From positions 1-54,627 of the IMG/VR virus record IMGVR_UViG_3300027741_000082: 54,627 nucleotides of DNA. One strand, given 5' to 3'. Made by a program: the position numbers and the translations under genes. The stretch comes from a virus (Duplodnaviria; Caudoviricetes). Shown here in pieces: positions 25,762-35,200 of this stretch; positions within the stretch are counted from its first letter, which is position 1; each line of letters starts with the position of its first letter. The notes under the pieces were generated by a model that saw nothing but the letters and a program-made list of their open reading frames with translations, was not told the origin of the DNA and ran no database searches.

Positions 25762-27609
25762 ATGCCTTTTCAGAAACTCCAGTTTCGTCCCGGCGTTATT
25801 CGTGATGTCACAGGATACACAAACGAGGGCGGTTGGTTTGACTGCAACCTTGTGCGTTTCCGCTTGGGGTTTCCGGAAACAATTGGCGGCTGGGAAAAAC
25901 TATCAAGCAGCACCTTTCTCGGGTCTGCTCGAACCCTTTTGGCGTGGGTAACCCTTAACGGTAACAATTACCTTTCTCTTGGGACCAACCTAAAGTTCTA
26001 TGTTGAGAAGAGCGGTGGGTATTATGACATTACCCCAATCCGTAGAACCGTTGTCCTCAATGGGGCGTTCACCGCCACAAACGGACTCTCCACAATTGTG
26101 GTAGCTGATACAAGCCATGGGTGTGTTGACAAAGACTACGTTACCTTTAGTGGTGCTACTTCTCTTGGTGGGAATGTTACTGCTACCGTCCTCAATGCTG
26201 AGTACCAGATTACTTACATTGATCCAAACAGCTATAGCATCACAGTCCCTGTGACTGCCAATGGTTCCGATACAGGTCATGGCGGCACGACCATTACTGC
26301 GGCCTACCAGATCAATACGGGTCTTGATACCCAAGTTGGTGGTGTCGGCTGGGGTTCGGGTACATGGGGCCGTGGAACGTGGGGCTCTGGTACTACCGTC
26401 ACGGTTGGTAACACCCTTCGGCTGTGGTCACAAGACAACTATGGCGAAGACCTTCTCTTCAACGTCAGAAACGGCGGGGTCTACTATTGGTATGGTGGTG
26501 GGAGTATCACAACCAGAGCAGTTACCCTAAGCTCGTTGTCCACGGACACCTCTACACCCGATGTTGTTACCCAAATCATGGTCTCGGACCGTGATCGACA
26601 CGTCATTGCTTTTGGTTCAAACATGGGTGGGGGAGGATCTCAAGACCCCCTGCTTGTTCGGTTCAGCGATGGGGAAGATCCCTTCACTTGGTATCCTTCT
26701 GCCACCAATACCGCTGGAGATCTTCGCATTGGTTCAGGGACCAAGATCGTTAAAGCCGTTGAAACTAAGCGCGAAATCGTCATCTTCTCGGATACTGCCG
26801 TTTACTCCATGCAGTATCTTGGTCCGCCATACACCTTCGGCTTACAGCAGCTTGCCGCAAATACCACAATCATGGGGTATAATTCCGCAGTAGCTGTCGA
26901 TGACGCTGTCTTCTGGATGGGTCATAGTAACTTTTATGTTTATGCCGGTCAGACTCAGCCGTTGCCCTGCCCTATTCAGTCGTACGTGTTTAACGATTTC
27001 AATACTGCTCAATCCGACAAGGTCTTTGCGTATCTGACGGCCCAGTTTAATGAGGTCAGTTGGCTCTACCCTTCTGCAAACTCAAGTGAAAATGACCGTT
27101 ATGTAACCTATAACTACATCGATAAGGTATGGTCGTACGGGATACTAGCTCGTACAGCATGGCTAGATGATGGTGTTCGTCAACTTTCGATAGCTGCTGG
27201 TACAGATAATTACCTCTATAATCACGAATACGGAACGGATGATGGGAGCACAACTCCACCTTCTGCGTTGAATGCTTACATCGAAGCTTCTCCGGTTGAC
27301 ATTGCTGATGGGGATAAGTTCTCTTTTGTTCGTCGTATTGTTCCTGATCTGAAGTTTTTTAACTCAACGAGCAGCCCCGAAGTTTCCGTCATCTTGAAAA
27401 CCCAGAATTATACGGGTTCAAACTACGCCAGTGGTTCAAGTTCCGCGGTTGATCGAACATCAACTACTCCGGTGGATCAGTACACCAACGTGGCAAACGT
27501 CCGTGTACGCGGTCGCTCCCTGATCTTCCGTATTGAAAGCAATAAGGTCGGTACTCGATGGGGTCTTGGTTCTCCTCGTATTGAGGTCAGGCCTGATGGG
27601 GGTCGCTGA
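25762..27609 (+). CDS. Tail nozzle / stabilisation protein (P22 gp10 or tubular protein B-like)
   Basis: 615-aa beta-rich protein; WSQDNYGEDL, DP..VRFSD.E, FNEV.W.YPS motifs. Confidence 0.7.
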   Translation: MPFQKLQFRPGVIRDVTGYTNEGGWFDCNLVRFRLGFPETIGGWEKLSSSTFLGSARTLLAWVTLNGNNYLSLGTNLKFYVEKSGGYYDITPIRRTVVLNGAFTATNGLSTIVVADTSHGCVDKDYVTFSGATSLGGNVTATVLNAEYQITYIDPNSYSITVPVTANGSDTGHGGTTITAAYQINTGLDTQVGGVGWGSGTWGRGTWGSGTTVTVGNTLRLWSQDNYGEDLLFNVRNGGVYYWYGGGSITTRAVTLSSLSTDTSTPDVVTQIMVSDRDRHVIAFGSNMGGGGSQDPLLVRFSDGEDPFTWYPSATNTAGDLRIGSGTKIVKAVETKREIVIFSDTAVYSMQYLGPPYTFGLQQLAANTTIMGYNSAVAVDDAVFWMGHSNFYVYAGQTQPLPCPIQSYVFNDFNTAQSDKVFAYLTAQFNEVSWLYPSANSSENDRYVTYNYIDKVWSYGILARTAWLDDGVRQLSIAAGTDNYLYNHEYGTDDGSTTPPSALNAYIEASPVDIADGDKFSFVRRIVPDLKFFNSTSSPEVSVILKTQNYTGSNYASGSSSAVDRTSTTPVDQYTNVANVRVRGRSLIFRIESNKVGTRWGLGSPRIEVRPDGGR

Positions 27610-27905
27610 TGGATTACCGTAGCGTATTTCCAACATTCCCCCGACCTCCCGGAGAGTACGATTCCAGATACTTTCAAGATGTCGTTAGAGCATTGGATGC
27701 TCTTGTTGTGGCTATCAGAAACCCCGGAGAAGGTCGTCAAACAACAATCGTTTTGACAAACCTTCAGGGGGATGAATATGGGTTGGAACAGGGTACTATT
27801 TTTCAAGTTGCGGGTGCTCTTCGTATCCCTCAACTTAATTCGGCATATGTTAGAGGTCTTTCCGCCACAGGGACAATTGGTTCCGTTTCAGTTACGACCG
27901 TATGA
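27609..27905 (+). CDS. Hypothetical late protein
   Basis: Coupled ORF after the nozzle gene. Confidence 0.7.
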   Translation: MDYRSVFPTFPRPPGEYDSRYFQDVVRALDALVVAIRNPGEGRQTTIVLTNLQGDEYGLEQGTIFQVAGALRIPQLNSAYVRGLSATGTIGSVSVTTV

Positions 27906-27906
27906 C

Positions 27907-27979
27907 TTGTCTTTTAGGTAACAAACAGGTATGTTCACATTTGCCAGTATCAGGCTCTGGCCCTGCCAAATGTGAACAT
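27907..27979 (+). promoter_or_regulatory. Internal promoter overlapping a 13-bp inverted repeat
   Basis: TTGTCT-N17-TATGTT; ATGTTCACATTTG 27931-27943 / CAAATGTGAACAT 27967-27979. Confidence 0.6.
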
Positions 27980-28001
27980 TTCGTATCGTAGGAACGCATC
28001 T

Positions 28002-29639
28002 ATGCAGGGTATTGCAGCACTCAATCCAGCTAGCCCAGTTCAGCCCTATACGCAGAATGACTTCAAGCGTATTGCTAATACTGTTGGAACATTTTACGAG
28101 AATCTGGATCCAGAGAAAAAGAAGGCCTTGTCCGGTTTGGCGGATGAGATTGCGGCACTGCCTCTTCAGAAATTGAAAGTTTTTGACCAGCTTCTCAACT
28201 TCCTTGAACAACATGCCAACCGTTATCCTGAGGTTGTTGATGAACTTGTTCGTAATGGGGCTGTTGACGAAGGTGATATGCCAGCAGAATACAGCCCGCC
28301 TATTTTTGCAACCATCCATGCCATGGTCCGCGAATCAATAAATAAGGCCAGCAGCTCTGCAAAGAAGTTTGCAAAAGGCGGTCTTGCCTCCGTAAAGGAA
28401 TCTGCAAAGCGCGTTCAGGCTGCGGGTCGAGGCGAAGATAAAATCCTTGCCCACATTACTCCTGCCGAAGCAGAGCTCCTGAAGGCTCGAGGGGGATCTG
28501 GCGACATCAATCCTGCAACGGGTTTGCCTGAATATGGGTGGCTGAAAAGTATTGGCAAGCTTCTTGGTTTTGCTGCTCCTATTATTGGTACTGTCGTCGG
28601 CGGCATGGTTGGCATGCCGTTCCTTGGCGCAGTAGTTGGCGGCGGTCTCGGTGGTCTTGCCAGTGGTGGCGGTGTTAAAGGCGCATTGATGGGTGCCGCC
28701 ATGGGCGGTATCGGATCGCTGGCATTTGGTGGTCTCAGCAACGTGTTGAGCGGCAGCGGAACCTTTATGGAAGGTGTAACTGGTGCGCTTCCTTCCTACC
28801 TCGGTGGAACGGGCGAAAGCTTTGGTGGAACCCTGTTTGGAAGTGGGGCCTCCGGCGGTACGGGCATGAGTGGGTCTTATGCTCTGGAAACCGCTACAAA
28901 TGCCAAAGGCGTAGCTGGTGGCGATCTTACGGATTTGCAGAACAGCCTTCCTACTGAAGGCCCCAGAACGGTAACTCCGGGAACCGGTGGGGCAAGTCCA
29001 ACAATTTCACCTAGTTCAACAGCATCCAAAGGGGTAAGTTTCTTGGACGATCCAATGAAGTGGATCAAAACAAATCCGGGTACGGCCCTTGCCTTGGGCG
29101 GTGGAGCATTGCTCGCAGCAAACGCTCTAGGGGGAGAGAAAAAGGCTCCAGCCTCTCTTGCTGCAAGTCATCCTGACCTTACGCAATCAGAGCGTCAGGC
29201 TAAGTACCCATGGACCGTGGTCGACTCCAGTAAGTTCGTTAGCAACTATACCCCAGCAGCTAAAGTTCCAGAATATAGTTGGCAGCAGGGTGTTTATAGC
29301 TCTCCGAACTTCCCTCAGACGGGGGGTGTTGCCCAGAACGTGGCTTCAGCTCAACCAAGTAACCAGCAGATGCCTCCCCCACAATCATATGTTATCCCTC
29401 AGGGAGCATATTCTACCCCACAGTTTACTCGGGCTGCAACCGGTGGAATCATGGATGCAAGGACTGGGGGCCACCTTAATGGGCCGGGCACTGGAAAAAG
29501 TGATTCGATCCCTGCAAAGCTATCAGATGGTGAGTTTGTAATGACTGCCAAAGCCGTTCGTGGAGCTGGTGGCGGAGACCGCATGAAGGGTGCAAAGAAA
29601 ATGTACGAACTCATGCATAAATTTGAACGGGTGGCATAA
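28002..29639 (+). CDS. Internal virion / DNA-ejection protein with glycine-zipper segment
   Basis: Start moved to MQGIAAL; AHITP.E..INPATGLPEY, long GxxxG hydrophobic tract, C-terminal SDSIPAKLSDGEFV. Confidence 0.7.
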   Translation: MQGIAALNPASPVQPYTQNDFKRIANTVGTFYENLDPEKKKALSGLADEIAALPLQKLKVFDQLLNFLEQHANRYPEVVDELVRNGAVDEGDMPAEYSPPIFATIHAMVRESINKASSSAKKFAKGGLASVKESAKRVQAAGRGEDKILAHITPAEAELLKARGGSGDINPATGLPEYGWLKSIGKLLGFAAPIIGTVVGGMVGMPFLGAVVGGGLGGLASGGGVKGALMGAAMGGIGSLAFGGLSNVLSGSGTFMEGVTGALPSYLGGTGESFGGTLFGSGASGGTGMSGSYALETATNAKGVAGGDLTDLQNSLPTEGPRTVTPGTGGASPTISPSSTASKGVSFLDDPMKWIKTNPGTALALGGGALLAANALGGEKKAPASLAASHPDLTQSERQAKYPWTVVDSSKFVSNYTPAAKVPEYSWQQGVYSSPNFPQTGGVAQNVASAQPSNQQMPPPQSYVIPQGAYSTPQFTRAATGGIMDARTGGHLNGPGTGKSDSIPAKLSDGEFVMTAKAVRGAGGGDRMKGAKKMYELMHKFERVA

Positions 29640-29641
29640 CC

Positions 29642-30616
29642 ATGGTCGAGACAACAACCCAAGAATACATCACGAGGGAATCCCCCGAGATCGAAGCCTA
29701 TAAGCTCGGTCTTCTTGATGTTGCAAAAAAGGTTTCCGAACAGCCGGTTAAAATTCCGGGGATGGAAATTGCGGGGATGTCCCCGCAGCAGCAGGATGCT
29801 TTGCGGATGGCTTCTCAGGGTATTGGTGTCTACCAACCCTATATGAATCAGGCTTCGCAAAATTACGCTAATGCTTCTGCGGGATTTAGTGGACTGCCTC
29901 AATACGGTCAGGCCGCTATAAATTACGGGGTTGCTGGGGCTCAAGCCTATAATCCTCAATCTGCTACGGAATATATGAATCCGTATCAGGAGCAAGTTAC
30001 CCAGAACGCTATGAAGGAGATGCAGCGTCAGGCTCAGGTCCAGCAGCAGGGTCTTAATGCCCAAGCTGTTAAGTCTGGTGCTTTTGGCGGTAGCCGTCAG
30101 GGTGTTCAACAGACCGAGCTTGGTCGTAACCTGTACGATATCCAGTCTCAGCGCATCTTCCAAGACTATGCCAACAACTACAATCAGGCGCAGACGGCCT
30201 CAATGAATGCTTTCCAGAACCAACAAGCCCGCGCACAGCAAGTGGGTAACCTATCCTTGGGCGCAGGAAATCTGGCACAGGCTGGTGCAGCAGGATTGGC
30301 TGGCGTTGGTCAGCAGACCGCGAACCTTGGACAGCAGATGTCTGGCCTTGCTCAGGGAGACACTTCCTTCCTGTACAATATCGGTGAAAAACAACAGGCC
30401 TACCAGCAGAAGGTCAACGATGCGGCTCGTCAGACTGCTTTGCAGCAGCAGTACGAGCCTTATCAGCGCGTGTCGTTCCTAAGCGATATCTATAAAGGTG
30501 CGCCGTCTTCACAACAGACAATTAGTCAAACTGCTGCGCCGTCTCCATCGCTGGTTTCTCAGATTGGTGGGCTTGGTATCGCGGGCCTTTCTGCGTATAA
30601 CTTGTTTAACAAGTAA
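29642..30616 (+). CDS. Internal virion / DNA-ejection protein
   Basis: Q/A-rich, YMNPYQ..GAFGGSR motif, hydrophobic C-terminus. Confidence 0.7.
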   Translation: MVETTTQEYITRESPEIEAYKLGLLDVAKKVSEQPVKIPGMEIAGMSPQQQDALRMASQGIGVYQPYMNQASQNYANASAGFSGLPQYGQAAINYGVAGAQAYNPQSATEYMNPYQEQVTQNAMKEMQRQAQVQQQGLNAQAVKSGAFGGSRQGVQQTELGRNLYDIQSQRIFQDYANNYNQAQTASMNAFQNQQARAQQVGNLSLGAGNLAQAGAAGLAGVGQQTANLGQQMSGLAQGDTSFLYNIGEKQQAYQQKVNDAARQTALQQQYEPYQRVSFLSDIYKGAPSSQQTISQTAAPSPSLVSQIGGLGIAGLSAYNLFNK

Positions 30617-30626
30617 GGTTTAAGTG

Positions 30627-32264
30627 ATGTATGATCCTGTTTTAAATCGTCCCATGTTCCAAGGTCCGTCGTCCACGGACCAAGGTCCATCCGCCCCCAG
30701 TGCCAAGGGAACGGGGATCACATCCATGGTTACAGCTCCGGATCTGGGGGCGCAGCAGCTTAGATCCTTTGCCAACCCTACAATACAACCAACTATTCGC
30801 GGATTTGCTGACGGTGGTTTCTTGGGCGGGGGTCAATCTTCTCCATTACCAGAAGATCCGATGAGTGGTAACCCCATTCAAACTGCGGTGAGTCGGGCTG
30901 TAGATCAGGCTGTCACTAACCCAGTCTCGAATTTTGCCAACGGCGGTCCTGTGCAGCACTTCCAGCAGGGTGGCCCCGCTGTTTCAAGCATGTGGGACAA
31001 TTTCGTCAATTCACTGACCATCAAAGAACCCAACCGTAGCGGTAACTACCGTTTGCCAGACATTGGTTTGCGTATTGGTCAGAATAACGAATACCGTCAA
31101 GAGGCTGGCATCACAGGTAATACTCCCAACTACGTTGAGCCTATTGATGTGGGTGGAAGAAACGCGCAAATCAGTCCCGAAGTTTACGATAAAGTTATCA
31201 GTCCTACCACGGAAGAACGTCGTGCCGAAGCTAGACGTAATATTGACAGCTATGAAGCACCTCCCCCCAATTCTTCTCCGATTGGTCGATCTTTCCAGCG
31301 TTTTATGGGTCAGGATGAAGCGGGCGTGGCGCAGTCTAAACGTCAGGCTCAAGAGGTTTCTGATGCTGCACTTGCACGTGAAGAGGCCTTGCGTAAACGC
31401 GAAGCCCTTCGTGCTCAGTACGAAGAGGCTGTTAATAAAAACCCAACAAGCGTGTCAGACTATTTCAGCAATATGACCGATGAAGAGCTGGCGCAAAAAC
31501 AGGCGCAGCGTCGTCAGGCCGAAGAAGCCGTGTTGAAGAAAGCTCGTCCAGAGGACTTTGTAGCTTCCGGAGATAGCAATCCAATGAACTTGGGTGGTCA
31601 GGGATTGGCCTCTCTTCCTCCTGTGCCCGGACCCGGGATCAAGACCGACACAACCGTTAACCCCGGAGTAGCTTCTGGGGGTGCGGGTGGCGGCAGCATC
31701 GCTACGCAACTTGCCCAGATTAAGGCCGAGCGCAATGCTCAGTCCGCAGCTGATCGTCGTGAAAACGCTTTGATGGCGTTGATGTCGGCGGGCTTTGGTA
31801 TGGCTGCTGGCAAGAGCCGTCACGCCTTGCAAAATATTGCGGAGGGCGGTCAACAGGGGATTGCTTCCTTTGCTGCTTTGGAACGTGCTCGCCGCGAAGA
31901 CGAGAACCGCCGCTATCTGGCTGCTCTTCATGAGCGCGAGCTGCTTGCAAAAGAGCCCTACATGCAAGCTCAGACTGAACAGGCTCAGGCTCAAGCCGCT
32001 TATCTTCGCGCCCGTCCCGGCATAGAACAAGCAAAACTTTCTGAAGCTGCAAGGCGAGCCGATAGCAGGGCTCGACTGCAAGCCGAAAAAGATGTCTATG
32101 CTCACATGGATAAAAACCCTGCTGCTTATTTAGGGGCAAACGGCAAGCCAGATCAGATGAAGATCGATGCCGAAATCGCCTTGCGTAAAAAGAACATTGA
32201 GCCCAACATCCTTTATGATATGCTTAACGGCGGAAGACAGACCGACAACTCTTCCGGGGAGTAA
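30627..32264 (+). CDS. Internal virion protein
   Basis: VLNRPMF..GITS start, three FxxGG motifs, coiled coils. Confidence 0.7.
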   Translation: MYDPVLNRPMFQGPSSTDQGPSAPSAKGTGITSMVTAPDLGAQQLRSFANPTIQPTIRGFADGGFLGGGQSSPLPEDPMSGNPIQTAVSRAVDQAVTNPVSNFANGGPVQHFQQGGPAVSSMWDNFVNSLTIKEPNRSGNYRLPDIGLRIGQNNEYRQEAGITGNTPNYVEPIDVGGRNAQISPEVYDKVISPTTEERRAEARRNIDSYEAPPPNSSPIGRSFQRFMGQDEAGVAQSKRQAQEVSDAALAREEALRKREALRAQYEEAVNKNPTSVSDYFSNMTDEELAQKQAQRRQAEEAVLKKARPEDFVASGDSNPMNLGGQGLASLPPVPGPGIKTDTTVNPGVASGGAGGGSIATQLAQIKAERNAQSAADRRENALMALMSAGFGMAAGKSRHALQNIAEGGQQGIASFAALERARREDENRRYLAALHERELLAKEPYMQAQTEQAQAQAAYLRARPGIEQAKLSEAARRADSRARLQAEKDVYAHMDKNPAAYLGANGKPDQMKIDAEIALRKKNIEPNILYDMLNGGRQTDNSSGE

Positions 32265-32266
32265 AA

Positions 32267-35200
32267 ATGCCTATCACCCTAGACGAGTATCGCAAAGCAT
32301 TTCCGGAAACGGCTAATGTTTCTGATGAAGCCTTGGCAAATACGCTGTATCAAAAGTACGGCGGGTCATCCGGCATGGAGAAGCCAGACTTTCTGCTTGC
32401 TTTGCAGGGCAGAGGTTCAAGGATGTCCCCCCTTGAGTCGGGTATTGCCAACCTGAAGTCTTCTTTGGGAACAACAAAAGCTGCCGTGGCTCAGGCCGTT
32501 GGTGCGGACGAGGCTGCTGGTCGTTACCTCAAGGAAGCGCAGGACATTGAGTCCGATGTCCGTGCCCGATATCAACCCGAAGTCCGTTCTTACGAAGATA
32601 TTGACAGCCCCTATAAACTGGGGCGTTACGTCTATGAGAAGTTTGGTGAGTCTGCTCCTCAGATGGGGTTGCAGATTGCGGGTGCTGTAGCGGGTGGCGG
32701 GATTGGCGGACTTGCTGCGAGAGGGGTGCTTGGATCCTTGGCAGCTCGTACTGCGGCTGCTCTCGGAACCGAAGGCGCGGCAATTGCTGGATCGACTGCG
32801 GCGGGTCTTCCTGCGTATACCGGATCCAATCTCCAACGTCAGATGGAAGAGGGTACTGAGTTCAAGGACGTAAGCCTTGCTCGTGCCGGGGGAGCTGCTG
32901 CCGCGCAGTCGGCTCTTGATACACTGTCACTTGCTACCGTCTTCAAAGCAATTCCTGCGCCCTCCCTTGCGGGCAAAACAAACATTTTTACGCAAGCTGT
33001 CATCCGTGGTGTGGAGTCTGGGGCAACGGAAGCCCTGACCGAGACTGCCCAGCAAGCGTTGGAGATTGCACAGGCCAATCCACAGAAGCTGTTCGACTTC
33101 AGCCCCGAGGTTCAGAAGGAACTGAAGGAAGCCGCCGTTGCTGGTGCGCTTCTCGGTGGGGCTATGGGTGGTGCGTCTGGTGCAATTCAGGCGAAGTTTT
33201 CGCCAGAGCCCGCTTCTCCTGCTCCCGCTGCCCCGCCTCCCACGGGGACAAACCCACCTCCACCACCCGCCCCGGCCCCGGGAACTTTACCCCCTCCTCC
33301 AGCTCCGGGAACTTTACCCCCTCCTCCGGCTCCAACTCCATCACCTATTCCTGTCCCGGGCCCGCCCCCTGCGCCTGTTGTTGAACTTGCCCCCAAGAGT
33401 TTTGGGTCCGAGGACTTAACAATTCCGGCACGTCAAACAACGGACCCTGTTACAGGTCGCCCGGTGGTTAGCGTATTTTTCCCAACGGAGGACGTGACGG
33501 CAAATGTTGAGTTCCAAAACGACTTTGACCGCGCACTACATTTGGCAGGGTCAACGGACGTAGACCCTGTAACTCGGCAGGAGTACCGTGACTTCCTGAC
33601 CTATCAGGGGTTGACGGAAGATCAGATCGATGACTTGCACGGCAAACTGGAACAGCACATTCGGGACAAGGTGATGAACGCTGACGAAGGACCCATGTCC
33701 TTCGAAGAAAAACCTTTGTCCGTTGACTTTTCTCGCACCGAAGCGTCCGATGTTTATAACAATCTTCCGATGATTGCGAAAACGTGGGGGGACCTAAAGA
33801 CGCAGGGCTTCACACCGACCCAGATCAACGAAGAGATGTCCGGTGAGGCGGCGCATAAAAACTCTGTTATGGGTCCTGTGCCCTTGGACATTCAAAAGGA
33901 AACCAACGTCTATTTCTACGGTAAGGAACTGCGCGGTCAGTGGGAGTCTGCCCCCCCAAACAAGCCGGATAAAAAATTTCAGGCAAAGCTGGAAGCCATG
34001 GCTCCCGGAATTACTGGGGTAATATCTGGGATTTTTCAACGGCTGATCCCCGGTCGGGATTTTCATATCTACAACTTTAAAACACCCGTTGGTGAAAATA
34101 TTATGGGTAGCGCGGGCTCAACCCGTTACTATAAGACAGCCCGATCAGAGGCGGGTCTTCCCACTCGCTCTGGGGATGTTGCAATTGGTTTAAACCTTGA
34201 GAAGCTTGCAGGAAAGCTAAAGGACTATTCTACAGCACCTGAATTTCGCAAAATGAAAATGGTGCACACGCTTTTCCACGAGATGAGTCACCCTGTCACC
34301 GACCTAATGCTGACCAATTTGACTGACGCTCAGTTTGAAGAAGTCATGCAGCAGTATTATGACACGAGAAACTCGGTAGTAGCCCGTAGATTTGCGATGC
34401 AATCAGTCTTTGAAAAAAAACTTCAGGCTATTGGAAAACAGGTTTGGGAACTTGACCCAAGTGATATCCGTGATAAGGCTTTGATGGACGGATTGAAGAC
34501 TTCAGCTGCCAAAAACTATGGAGCAACTGAAAAAGAATTTTCTGATTTTATTAAAGACTCTACAAAAAACGAGCTGGGTCTTGTCAAAAACCTAACCTAT
34601 CAACGTGACTTCCAAGAATGGGTTGCGGAAACCGGTGCTCGTTGGATGGCTCAAGAGTTTATGGGCCGCGTCCCTGAGACCTTCATGCAGAAGTTTGCTC
34701 GTGACGTATTCAAAAACCTTCAGCGGTTGTACTACGCTATTGAGTCTGCTCTGGGAGTTCCCTATAAGCCGGGTGCTTTTGAGAGGTTTATGAACGACGC
34801 GTTTGGTAAAACCAACGACGTTGTGTTTGATAAAAATCTTATCGAATCTCGATTGGCAGACCCTAGAAACACAAAGGAATACCCAAACAGTATTTATTAT
34901 AACAGGGCAGCTACCCCTGCCTCCGAAGGGTATGTGGGTCTCCCCGAGGTTCAGGTGGTTCGTCGCATAACTTCCGCTGCAAGTCTCAATCAGTTGCCCC
35001 CAGCTGGTGGTCTTGACCCAATCCTTGATAAGCTCCGCAAGGAAACCAAGAAGCCGGAGACGGGAATAAAAGCATTCTTTAGATCCATACGCGACGCTTA
35101 CAAAAACAATAGCTGGCGAGACCTTGCAGACGATATCACCGAAAAGGTGGCGGATAACATGATCAAGGTGCTTCGTCTTGATGAGCGTTATGCCGAGGAA

